Both the position numbers and the translations under genes were made by a program. A stretch of DNA of 61,338 bases, the filler included, from Sphacelaria rigidula (lineage: Eukaryota): NCBI GenBank assembly GCA_964200075.2. It is 11 parts of 11 records of this genome, joined end to end, with 100 filler letters (N's around TTAATTAATTAA, not from the genome) between each part and the next. Parts side by side here need not be neighbours in the genome. Positions count along the whole stretch, not along the records: positions 50,269 to 55,753 come from CAXNAA020026942.1; positions 55,854 to 61,338 come from CAXNAA020026943.1; 9 more parts are not named here. One strand, 5' to 3'. Under the pieces are notes generated by a model. The model did not search any database and had not been told where the DNA came from. It worked only from the letters and a program-made list of their open reading frames with translations. This document shows positions 50,269-61,338 of this stretch, piece after piece (the first letter of the stretch is position 1; the number at the start of each line of letters is the position of its first letter).

Positions 50269-50535
50269 CGTTCCTCCTTGTATAGCTCACATTCTGCCAC
50301 TATATGACTTCTGCTCTCTGTTGCTTTGCCACAGAGGCAATTCTGTCGATCTACCCTCTCCTCCTTCCGACGATTGTTATATATCTTCCTTCTTTGTGGC
50401 AGACCCAGGGCCCCCACTCGGAACCGCAGCCGTCGTTTTCTCTCTACTGTTATATCTCTTTGTTCGCGCCCAGCATTCCCCCCTCTAGCATGTCCCGTTT
50501 CTCCTTATATAGTTTACATTCCGCCACTATATGAA
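50269..50535 (-). mobile_element. LINE ORF2 C-terminal CCHC fragments
   Basis: RLRFRVGALGLPQRR..NCLCGKATESRSHIVAECELYKEE, with a second HIVAECKLYKEKR fragment near 50490-50535. Confidence 0.8.
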
Positions 50536-52735
50536 TTCAACTTTCTTTTGTATATGTGTGTGTGTGTGGGAAGGGGGGAGGGTTAGTAAGAACCACGTTT
50601 TCGTATTATGTAACGATATATATATGAACATGTATCATTTCACATTTTTCACCACTTTTTCCGAGTTCTCTGGCCGCAAGGCATTTTTTCCCGCACTTTC
50701 TTTTGCAGTGCACTATAAAGGCTCAGCGGTACATTGCCGTTCAGGTTTGGGTGTCATCTGATACGTGTGGCGCGTGTTCTGGCCGCCGAAAATCGCTGAA
50801 ACTGACCCTTTTTCGCGGTGTCGGTCCCGAACAGCAAAATCCTTTCCAAGATCACGGGAAACTGAAACACCGTCGCCGTCCAAAGGTTGAAAAAACGCGT
50901 AACTCTCATGTCCAGAGAAAAGCGAAGCACTGAAGGAAATTTCCACGAGCTTCCCTAGGTAGAAAGAACATGCCAGGAATGTTTCACGCATTCCAACAGC
51001 CAGCCAAAGCCACTAATTTGTCCGGAGAAATGGAAACTCTCATGTGCAGCGAAAAAGCGAAGAAATGAAAAAACATACCCCCGCAAGCTTCCCAAGTGAC
51101 GAAGAACATGCTACGAATGTTCAACGCATTCCAATTTTTCGGGATGTGCCTCTCGCTGTCATGTCTGAGTGACACGAGAGCTATTTCGCTCTCTGGCCCC
51201 TCGGGGAATATCATACACGTCCTGCGCCAGCGGTTCCGCCGTCGGCCTAGGTGACCCTAACTCTCACCCTAAAAGGATCGCCTCTTAGACGGTGTCCAAC
51301 TCGTCCGTAACGTTGTGTATTCGGAAATTATCGTTGCTGCCGCAGGGCAACCTCCTCCATTCTTTGATATCGCACTGTCTCGTCGTGGTCATGGTAACAA
51401 CCAGACTGCTTCACGCCACAAGACTGGTGGTGGTGATGGAGATAGCGGTGACACAGGCTCCCACAGCGGTGACGGTGACAGCGTCCGTGGCGGCCACAAC
51501 GTCGACAACCATCGTGTTAGGCATATCGTGCAAGAAATATGCGTTGTTCGTTCGCAAGCTGCTCCTGCAAATTCTGCTTCTGCGGTCTCAGACGTTAACT
51601 GAACGGTCCTCTATACGCCCGTTGAACCCAATATATGAGCATGTTTCACGATTGCATCCAGAACTTTCTGACAAGGCCAGATTTTGAGTACGCTCTGCTC
51701 ATTTCATGTCCTCCCCTACTTGGTCTTTTTGTCCTTCATCGAGAGGTTGCGAGCGCTATGTTCAGGAAATGTTTCCGTCAAGCTACCCTCGGTATTTATG
51801 CCTACAGTATCTCGTGCCCCATGGCCACGGCTGGTTTCGTAGCTCATCAGTCCGTGTGCGAGCTGCGATGGCATCTATCAACAATTTCGTCAGGACCAGG
51901 TGGCCCAAGTACAATTAAAGGAACAAATCATGGGCGGGAAAAAGGCGTACGTTGCCATTAATTCAATGTGAACTTGCGCTCATCGGTGGCATACTGCTGT
52001 GGACGCATTTCTCCTCCGTCGCACGAGCTGAGCCAGCTTGACGCATTATTTTGGCGCTTGACCAGCTCTGCACGACTCGGTTTGGAGAGTTGGAAGCTAA
52101 ACGTTCGACAGAAGGTCTCGATCATGAACGAATCGCGCAAGCCAAAATAAGGAAAATCAAAGAAGAGAAAACTAGAGCCAGTTCAAGAACATGAAAAATA
52201 AGAAACGCCGCAACTCGACAAATGCATTTTGTATTTTAGGCTACCGCATGAATATTTTGGCGTATTGATGTGAAAATCGTGCGGGTAGCATTCCAGCTCA
52301 AACATTCAGCTGTGCAGTCCACTCTTTGTGCCACACCGTTGCGCCCTGCTTTATATATAGCTTGTACACAAGATTTACACAAGGGCGGAATATCACGAGT
52401 TCAAATCCTGACAGAGATACGACTTTTTTCGCAGAATATGGTTTCGTCGTTGGGTTCATACGTTATGCAGTACATTCATCCGCAATCGTTTCTCAGCGGC
52501 AGAGCGTGTGCATCAGCAGGTTGATCTACACTTCACAGCGACATACTTACATCGGATCAATTCGAAAAACTGACTTTTTTATGTGCAAGAGAAATCTGAG
52601 CTTTTGTTGTCAGATTCAACAACTGAGACGAAGTACAAGTAGAGGCAAAGGGCTGTCAAAGAGATCGCAGGGCAGAGGATGCCGTAGCGACACACGAATC
52701 ACGCAGACGAGAAAAATTGCAAATTTTGAGAGCGC

Positions 52736-52878
52736 GGGGTAGGGTACCGATACCGAGCGGCATTTCAGGCACCTTGGATTACTCAGTACTATTTATCCGT
52801 AGATACCCGCAGAATACTTACAGTATGCTGTAAGTACCCTGGAACCCAGGGCACGTCGTGGGAGCGGTACCCTACCCC
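52736..52878. mobile_element. 143-bp MITE-like element
   Basis: Perfect 14-bp TIR ggggtagggtaccg / cggtaccctacccc. No TSD seen. Confidence 0.65.
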
Positions 52879-53117
52879 AACCACCACTACAAGACTTAAC
52901 TGCAGCAGTGAAAAGAAGTAAGAAAGAAGACACGAGAACAGCAAACATGAACGACATGACCCAGAGTTAGGGCTGCAACCGAACAATCACACAAAACTTG
53001 TTCAAATTGCTATATATGGTATACGATGTTGAACGCGAAATGGCGCTTTCGAGACAACAGCAGCACCAGGACAAGAACAACAAAAACGGACTACAAGTTC
53101 GGGGGGTGGAGACGTAC

Positions 53118-53233
53118 AGATGGCGTAGCTCAAATATCTTGTCACCGTAGACCACGATGGTCAAGTAGTCGTACAGCGGGATGAGCGCCAAGATTGCCGG
53201 GACCACGATGCACGCTATGACGTGACGTTCCTC
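53118..53233 (-). CDS. Candidate isolated exon with a hydrophobic segment
   Basis: ctcag| and |gtacgt. EERHVIACIVVPAILALIPLYDYLTIVVYGDKIFELRH. No family recognised. Confidence 0.4.
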
Positions 53234-53416
53234 CTGAGATCAGGGCGTCCACAACCAAACACACACGGATGCACGAAGAGATCGGACGAAACATTAACCG
53301 CGATCAATGGCCAAAAGAGAAGGGGAATCGCATGAATCAGAGAGTCAACACCGCCGATCACTTGAGCGCAAGATACACCACAGATGGCCTCCAACTCGAC
53401 CAGTGAAAATATTGTA

Positions 53417-54816
53417 CAGGCTGGTTCACGCTCATCACCCAAAACAAATATCGGTAAAGCCTTACGCCGTTTCAAGGAGTTAAATCCTGGTATTTTGCAC
53501 GGATTGTTCTATGGGGCATTAGGCGACCTTCGGAGGTCGAGATTTTTTGTACTCTTGAACTTTTTTCATTGATTTTTCGGGGATCCCAGTTTCGTAATGA
53601 ACCGTAGCACAGTTGTGCAAAATTTCAGGTTCTAGCTCCTTGACACGGCGTGACGTTTTTCACTTCTGTGCGATGAAGTTCTCCTAAAACTACTTGATTT
53701 TTGTACGAAAACGGCATTTTTGGACCTTTGTTAACGTGAACGTGAAAATTCAAGCGTCAGTTGATCGATTTTTGCGACGAAAAATTGTGGGGCCCTTCCT
53801 TTGCTTGTGCAGCGACAGCTCAGTAGCGAAACAATCAAACAAAAAATCGTAGTGCCGGTGTTCCGGGGTCCCAGAATGGAGACTACTTCGAAAACCGACT
53901 TGGATCCCCTCGGACCCCCGAAAAACGAAAAAAAAAAAAAAATGAGAAAAACCTCGTTGACAACAAGTTGCGTAATAAGACATCGCATATTTGTGCAAAG
54001 TGCTAGGGTCTAACTCCTATTAACGTCATGAAGTTTTGCGCGTTTGTGGAGGACGCGGGCTTGAAACGTGCAACTCCCAACTACTTGGTTCTAGTATCGA
54101 AACGTCTTGTGGGGGGAATTTCACGTCAGGGCAGAAAAAAGTGTACGAGGTTTCCGAGTTTCTCGAGTAAACTTTGTACATGTTTTCCTTGGACTATCCC
54201 GGGACGCATCATTCCATTATTTTGGGGGGAGGCATTCTGAACCGCCTTCCGGGGGTCTTCATATTTGGACCCCCGGAAGCCTATACAGAACGGAGAACTT
54301 TGAAATATTGTCAATACAATTTTTCCATTTGGAGCGTCAATATCTACGGAACTGCCAAGTTTGAGGGCGACCTGAGCTTTTCTACAACAGATATAGGGGA
54401 CACCGTCACGAGGCGCCCTGGGGCGCGTGTCATCAGTGTTATTTGGGCGACAACACCCGACATCACCGAAACATCACAGTTTCGGGTATAATCCGACCCC
54501 CGTAGTAACGGTGTTCAAAAATGTTTTTCTCATTAGATTCCCGAGCCGATGGCGGCAACTACGATTTGAAGCGTGCGGAGATTGTGTGAAAATTGAGCTT
54601 AGAATTCGTAATTTCGATCTCGGAACAATTTGACGGGCGCTGATTGGTCGATATACCTTTTCGCCCTCAGAGCTACCACTATGGCCGTACACACAAATCC
54701 GGCTATGTCACGCTCTTGAGCTGTCCACGGCAGTCAGAGTATGATATTATGTATGCGACTATTGGGTAGGCATTGGCTGATGACAGAATTCTGAGTGATA
54801 CGCGTGAACCAGCCAG
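53417..54816. mobile_element. 1400-bp non-autonomous Tc1/mariner-type element, copy 2
   Basis: TA|caggctggttcacgc ... gcgtgaaccagccag|TA. Reverse-colinear with 8293-9798. Confidence 0.85.
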
Positions 54817-55032
54817 TACGTGAGATACGAAATCAAACATGTTCAACGAATACCAGCGAGTTGGACCTTGGACCCGTCACGTCGAATTCGTCAATCTGTT
54901 GAGTCGGTATCGTTTTCCTTTCCCTTCAAAAATGAGTGCAAAACCGGGGTAATCCAACCTCGCGGTCAAAGTAGTTTTCGTTCGACACCCCATCAATCAA
55001 TCGATCGATCGATCGATCAAGGTGTATCGTAA

Positions 55033-55180
55033 CAAGGGTTGCACACCGGATATCGATAATCGATACGATTTCGATAAATATCGGCGATACGCAGTATCGA
55101 TATCGGCGCGCAGCAAAGCGATATTGGTCGATACGCGTCTATATCGAATATCGATATCGACTATCGATATTCTCGATATT
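55033..55180. repeat. ATCGAT/GATATC-dense tract, resembling hAT subterminal repeats
   Basis: Many tatcgata variants follow agggttgcacac. No TSD found. Confidence 0.5.
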
Positions 55181-55654
55181 GGGCCTCTCTTCTGTCACAT
55201 CAGCTCAACTCTCTCGAACCCGCGGTCACAGGAACTGTAGGGGCGTGGTATTATCGAAAACGGCAGACCTTCAGTTTTTCAGCCCCACCCCCGATACTTT
55301 ACAAGTTCGTCTGTACACACCACACAATACGCAACACACAGCCCCGCTGAATTTCACCCGGCGTCTGCGCATCACTTGCTGCGAACAACAAGGGTGTGCA
55401 ACATGAGCCTTCAGTCTTTCGGCTTCGTCTCCGGCCGTAGTGCTGAGTGTGCAGCTGGTGCCCTGTGCGTTCGGTGAGTTGATTTAGCGGGGGTGTTTGA
55501 CAATGGCGACATCCTGGTGGCGTGGTGGAGTAGATCTGACGTCACGATCACTGCAAAGCTGCAAATAACGGTACAAAAGCAGCTGTCCTTCGAAGGAGTA
55601 TGATGAGATGGTAGTGTCGCTTTGCCTTTCCATCATGTTTGACGAGTGTTGGAT

Positions 55655-55689
<35 letters not shown>

Positions 55690-55853
55690 CCGACCCTCAC
55701 ACCTCTCCTCCTTTTTTTTTTTTTTTTTTTGTTTTGTTGGCTTGCTTCTTTTTNNNNNNNNNNNNNNNNNNNNNNNNNNNNNNNNNNNNNNNNNNNNTTA
55801 ATTAATTAANNNNNNNNNNNNNNNNNNNNNNNNNNNNNNNNNNNNNNNNNNNN

Positions 55854-56225
55854 TCCCGTGGATTGATTTTTCGGACCCCAGTTCGTTGGGCAATGTTTTT
55901 CGGCTAGCTGTGAGCAAACCAGATCAATTCTCCGATATTCTGGGCGTTGACTTTCGATACATCATCTTCCCGCTGAAATCGGGGGACTCCCGCATCTCCC
56001 CCGATTTTTTTATGCGGGAGTCTCCCGACTCAGGCACAAAGGTGGTAAACCAAAAGTCAACGTCCGTAAAATCGGAGAAGTGATCTTGTTTGCTCACAGC
56101 TAGCCGAAACACATTGCCCAACGAACTGGGGTCCGAAAAATCAACCCACGGGAGGAAATCGCCCGTAAACGGGCTGAAATCCTCATATTTGTACGAATCG
56201 AGATTCGTTGCCATAAAAGTGGGTC
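55854..56225. mobile_element. Fold-back MITE, left end cut by contig
   Basis: 55854-55995 is an imperfect reverse complement of 56012-56152. The right end abuts TTA (56226-56228), where homology to contig 8 begins. Confidence 0.75.
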
Positions 56226-56612
56226 TTACCAGCGTGTACCCAATTTTCCATGTGCCAGAACATCGAGCTGCGGAGAGATGCCGTCTTTTCTTGCCTGTCG
56301 ACCTCACCAATGCGAAGATCGATTTCTCTCTGCCTCTCTTTTTGGACAGGATACGCCTCTGTGCGCTGAAAAACACATCGTTGAAAAATAGGGCAATGTT
56401 CCTGTCACCGCTACTACTGTTCTCTATCACACACATGCCAGCAAGGGCGGTGCTGCGGCAATAAGAACGGATCCAATTTGAACTTGCGGGGTCTTATTCA
56501 TCGTTGATTTTTCCCGACCTGTGACCATCTAGGCGCCCGACCACAACAGCGTGCCCACAGGCCAGATGGGGTGTGTGTGTGAGACATCAAACACTCGTGG
56601 AGACCTTCTTGA
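56226..56612 (+). pseudogene. 3' fragment of the unidentified coding repeat (homologous to about 41389-41780)
   Basis: Direct nucleotide alignment, with a shared stop at 56462-56464 and many synonymous differences. Confidence 0.7.
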
Positions 56613-56696
56613 AATATTGTACTCACGGTCTACCCGTTTCCTTTCGCCCTACCCCTACACTATGCCCAAACTTTTGACTCAGCAGCAGCAAGCTAT

Positions 56697-56932
56697 TCAG
56701 CTGCCATCGACAGCAATTTCAGCAATAGCTTCGATCTCAACGCACACTCCAAGAGGCAACGCATTAACCCCTACGGCAGACCGGGCATGGGAACCATTTT
56801 CCTTGCCAAACGCCAAGTTGAGCAGGTCGCTGGCCCCATTCAACACCTTGTGCTGCTCCATGAAGCTGTCGCTCGACTGCACAAATCCGTTGATTTTTAT
56901 GATTCTGAGCTTGTCCAGATCGGCAACGGTGT
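56697..56932 (-). CDS. Rid/YjgF/YER057c/UK114 family protein, exon 4 (last)
   Basis: ctcag| phase 1. (D)TVADLDKLRIIKINGFV..VLNGASDLL..HARSAVGVNALPLGVCVEIE-stop. Confidence 0.93.
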
Positions 56933-57853
56933 CTGAGGATGACCAGCAGTCGTGAGGGGGAAAGGGGTTGGATGGAGGGGATGGCTCAACGAACGACGTT
57001 TCAGCATCTTGCACGCATACACGGCAGCTCCTCACACAAACCTTGCAAGGTCGGACAAATAATGATTCGTCTGGAAATGAATTGGTTCTAGTGTAATAGA
57101 TTCGAATCGTACGAATCAATCCCTGGGCTTTGTTCTCAGCGTTGCAACCCAGCTACACGCAGCTCAGACACGGGGAATGGCGCAAAAGTTGCGTGGATAC
57201 CCCTTGGATCAGCGGTCAACTTTTTTCTCCCTTTTGGCCAATCAGACCGAAGGAATCGTGAATTGGGTGATTCGAAGCCGTGATGATTCGTCCCAACCGT
57301 GGAACCTTGCTGCGAAATCCCTACACTAACGCCCCCTCCCACTATACTGTGGTTGGATCATGACTCTGTTTGTTTCACTACTCTCGTACCTACTACTCCC
57401 TATCCAATAGGGGGGGGGATAGGCTTGGATTTCTTGCTGCTCATTCACTCTTTCACTCCTTCACTCCTTCATTACACAGGCAAAAATAAAAAGACATTCA
57501 TGCGCGCCAGATGGAGAAAAAAATCGCTTTCCTGGAGCACATATACACTATCTTGTACTGGCGGAAGTGCAAAACTACCCGCTGTTTCATCTATGCCCTA
57601 CACGAGAGAAAAAAAATGGACGCGGCAGAGGGAGTGTTCACAATCATACACCACTGCCACTACAGAGTTACACAGGGGTCATTGTTTACAGTTTTCATCT
57701 TGTTGCAGTAGCCTGCTTTTTCTTGATTTTTTGCACTGCTATGCCATGTGAATGTTTCAACACGCAAGCTTCACAATTTGCCGGCTACCCATGCAATAGA
57801 CCAGTTTCACGTTTACGGAGAAACGAACAACAAGAGTTCATGACACAGTATTC

Positions 57854-58248
57854 CAAGGTTGTTTTCTGTAAGCCTCTCATACCGTTACCCGACAGATCTG
57901 TAGGGTCTGAACAAAATATTTACCCTTACCCAGGGCACGTGTGTACCCTTATAGAAATACCCGGTTGCGGGTAAGGGTTTCTGTACGATCTCCATGCTGT
58001 ACCCGACATTTCTGTAAGATCTGTACGAAATAATTACCTTCACCCGGGGCACGGGTATTACCCTTGAAAAAATACCCGGTTGCGGAGAAGGGTCCCTGTA
58101 CAATCTCCATACCGTACCCGACCGGCTCTGTAAGTTCTGTAAGACTTCAGACTTTTAACTTCCATACGGGTACCCGACAATTGTGTCAGTCCTGCAAGAA
58201 ATCTCATACCCTGCCGAACATACCCGTACCCAGCAGGCAATAACCATG
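57854..58248. mobile_element. 395-bp hAT-like MITE in the Rid gene intron
   Basis: Ends caaggttgtt / aataaccatg. Flanks cagtattc / caatattt match at 6/8. Internal TACCCG repeats. Confidence 0.65.
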
Positions 58249-59030
58249 CAATATTTTGCACACATGCATACGTAGTCAGATTCTCGCACAAGCGCTGCCT
58301 TTACTCCGACTACATCATCGACACCCTCTCCGCAAGACTGTGAGTGGATCATAACCCTGGTTCGTTTCACTGCGGTACTTCCGTACCGTACCTTCCCCTT
58401 ATCTCGTAAGCGGGGGGTGAGACGTAAGTAATTAGTAAACGTATTTCGTCGTTCATTCGCAAAGGGCTGATTGATTGAGATCCACAAGCATCCGTGGAAG
58501 GGGGCGGGGGGGGGGCACTGCTGCTACAGAGTCATGCATCGGTAACCTTTATATTTTTTGTTGAACGTTTTCAACTCCGCCAATCATACAACATTCGTGT
58601 GTATGACTGTGATTGATGACTCAAACGCTCCTCGCACAAGCTTCACCATCAACTGATCATCAGCCCTCTCCGTCACAGGACAGGCTTGAACCCTGGTTCA
58701 GTTCACGACTCTCCCACCTACATACCTACTCCGTATACTCCTGTAAGGGAGAGAACATCCCTCTTGACTCTAGCCCACCACCGTGATTTTATACCGACAA
58801 GGGACACACGCTTCGATGATGCTTGTCGCTCCATGTATCGAAATCGCGCTCACTCTTCCAACCGTAACAAATTATCGCTTATTTACCCTCGCCATCTCTT
58901 GGGACTGCGTATGAACGGAAGGACATGCCTCGCTGATTCACACTCGCCGACATGTCTGGAAAAACACATGGTACATACATCCGAGCATTCACCCAGTGAC
59001 AGCGAACTAAGCGGCGATAGAGGGCTTCAC

Positions 59031-59109
59031 CTTTCATGGTAGCAATAAGGTTGACCGCCACAAGCTTGGCAGCTTCCGCGGCTTGAGAAAGATCCACGTC
59101 CTGGCCCAC
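59031..59109 (-). CDS. Rid family gene, exon 3
   Basis: aag|..|gtgaag, 79 nt. VGQDVDLSQAAEAAKLVAVNLIATMK. Confidence 0.9.
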
Positions 59110-59643
59110 CTTCGACATACAGCAGATACGTTCGTGACAACTGTTTTCGACTCCTTCTCTTTTTCGACGCAAAATTGGAAGGGCTAAGAGCCTACTGGAA
59201 GACAGCAAAGCACAAGAAGTGGTCCGCAACTGAAAATATTTCAGGCGGCAATCAGCCGTGGTGACGACGCTAAAAATATCGTAACCGACGCTCGATGAAT
59301 GATCCGTGAAATGTTTTGGCACAAAAGAATGGCGACACGAGGTAGCGGGAGCTTGTCACACTGGTTCAAGCTTCATCGAAAAGGTAGATTTCCCGCAAAT
59401 CTAGACATGCATGGGAGTATATCTGTGTACCCCCGAAAACTAGCGCTGAATGGTGTTGCCAGCAAAACACGTTCACCCCTAGAGCTCCGTTGGTGAAAAA
59501 GAATCTCCGTAGGGACGCCTTACGGGAGGGACACACAGCTGGATTAGCATCTCGCGACAGCACATCATCTGGCTGTTGGACTGCAAAACGCGGGATGTTG
59601 GGTGCTTTTCCACGTGCCTTTGGCATGAGAAGCCGCCGCCGTA

Positions 59644-59894
59644 CGACACTTTCTACGATAGCAACCCCCAAAACCAACTAAAAAGTGTCATGAAAAAAAT
59701 GGCCATACAGCGCCTGATGTTTGGGTTCTGGCTGCATGAAGCGGCTCATATTGGCGACATTGGCTAGAACGAACCAATGCGTGGGAATTCCCAGCTTCTT
59801 GTTGTGCTCCGCTATTTCCATTTCGATTTACGTGAACATTTTGCCCCCCGAAACCATGCACTTTCGGGGGGGAGGGCTATCGTAGAAAGTGTCG
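59644..59894. mobile_element. 251-bp TA-flanked MITE (Tc1/mariner-type) in the Rid gene intron
   Basis: Perfect 22-bp IR gtacgacactttctacgatagc (59641-59662 / 59876-59897), including TA. Confidence 0.8.
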
Positions 59895-60270
59895 TACTTT
59901 TTCGCCTAGAGGCAGGCTTGATTCTGCCTTGACCCCCCGGCGCGCCTTTTTTGTCTCATTTTCAACGCATCTCTTTTCTCAAAATGGCTTCTTCATCTCA
60001 CCGGATCAACGAGTCTCTCCGTACTCGACTTCCACTTTGTCATCAAGCATTGGATTGGATCATTACCAATCCCGCAGCCCGTCGACGTTCGCGGAATTCA
60101 TCTACTTGATTTTTCCAAACTCAATAAAGTTGTCACTTCATGGGCGAAAAAACAGACAAATACCCCAGCTAGTGGTATGATGAAATGGTTTGGCCATAGG
60201 GACACGGCGGCAAACCAACCACTCAGAAGTAATTCGGAACGGGCTTCGAGATCCAAAGTTGTTTATGTAC

Positions 60271-60362
60271 CTTGCCGGTCGTGAGCGTTCCGTCGGCGGC
60301 CTTGGGCAAGTGTCCGGACAAATACAACGTGTCACCCGACCTCCTACATAGCACGTAGTTCC
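60271..60362 (-). CDS. Rid family gene, exon 2
   Basis: cag|..|gtacat, 92 nt. (G)NYVLCRRSGDTLYLSGHLPKAADGTLTTGK. Confidence 0.9.
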
Positions 60363-61171
60363 CTGCGGTAGCATACCCCCAAGCCGAGCAATATCAGAGT
60401 AGGGGCAGCGATAACAGTGGTGACGGTTGGGAAGCACGAAACAGTCTGACATGGAAAATAAGTGTCGTTTTCAAAGTTCGTCTCAACTATTGTACGAATT
60501 CCGTCTGATTTTTCTCGAGTAGTGGCAGCAAAACAAGCGCTGTGGCCAACGAACCGGACTTCCCGGATGAATTATCAGGAAAAAAAAATCGCAAGCGTAC
60601 CTCGGCAATGCAAGCATTTAATTTCTTCTTGTTTCGACATGTGCATTTGTTTTTCTGTCGGAAATTCACAATAGTGGGGGCACAAGTACTTTCGGAAGCG
60701 AAATATTGTGCGAAAAACTGTGCAAGAGACTCACTCCAAAAATGAGAGTCATCTTCCATCCCACAATGAAAAGTTGGCGACCACCATCATACACGAGAAC
60801 CGCACAATAGCTAGTGGCACTCGCTTTTACAGCGTCTTTTTCAACGCCACTACCCAGCCACGACGGCCGACAATCACAGTGCTTTACACGCATCACTTCA
60901 TTTCTTCATACCATGGGCACCACCAGGCGGACCCACGCCCACGACTGTCAGCTCGTTGGATTTGATAAAATTATTGATATCGTTTCCCTGGTGTAAAAAA
61001 TATATGCACACGATCTTCGATCATACTTGAGGACGGTGGCGGGATGGGAGGGGGGGGGGGGGGGGGTGTTCCTTCGCAACGCTGTCTCCAACGACAGATC
61101 GGTCATGGAGTGCGAACACTCGCTCTAAAGTCATCACTCTGTCTGCGCGTGTCCACCGAACTGTGCGGCAC

Positions 61172-61238
61172 CTGCGGGTGTGACCGTTGGTAGAGTGATG
61201 CCCGCCTCTGTCAACCTTCGTTCCACCTCTGAAACCAT
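61172..61238 (-). CDS. Rid family gene, exon 1 (an upstream exon is possible)
   Basis: MVSEVERRLTEAGITLPTVTPA then |gtgccg. The four exons sum to 474 nt (157 aa + stop) with consistent phases. The ATG is directly preceded by CAG. Confidence 0.8.
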
Positions 61239-61338
61239 CTGTACGCTGGCGAGCAGGCAACAACGGAGAGGGGGGGGGGGAGTGGGGGGCGTACTCATTT
61301 GTTGCTTGCCTTAGTCGTGTGACCATTGACCATGCATC

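Noticed and set aside
51292..52150. Possible hAT BED-finger relic (SSPTWSF, HVSRLHP)
   Set aside because: Motifs are in different frames and the wrong order, the Cys pair is missing, and no TIRs were found.
5531..55809. Periodic TTAATTAATTAA motif and ORFs containing X runs
   Set aside because: Artificial six-frame-stop linker.

Overview
Eukaryotic, repeat-rich DNA, most likely a brown alga (Phaeophyceae; inferred from intron style and repeat content, not proven). It is not one locus. It is 11 unrelated, length-sorted contigs of 5485-5486 bp (1-5486, 5587-11072, 11173-16658, 16759-22243, 22344-27828, 27929-33413, 33514-38998, 39099-44583, 44684-50168, 50269-55753, 55854-61338), joined by identical 100-nt linkers (N44-TTAATTAATTAA-N44). 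Host genes: a 4-exon Rid/YjgF-family gene, the 3' exons of an RCC1-repeat gene, exons of a fimbrin-type calponin-homology gene, and a probable PAM2-motif exon. Mobile DNA: four decayed Ty3/Gypsy fragments, a LINE tail, tRNA-headed SINE-like copies and many MITEs. One Gypsy integrase ends in chromo-like plus Tudor-like modules. The best leads are (i) an AcademX-like PIN/XPG + Cys-finger transposon ORF whose frame is restored exactly by removing a Sola2-like MITE, (ii) that MITE group nested inside itself in a multi-layer insertion stack, (iii) the dual-reader integrase and (iv) an unrecognised protein-coding repeat family found on three contigs. No CRISPR array, rRNA or intact tRNA was found.
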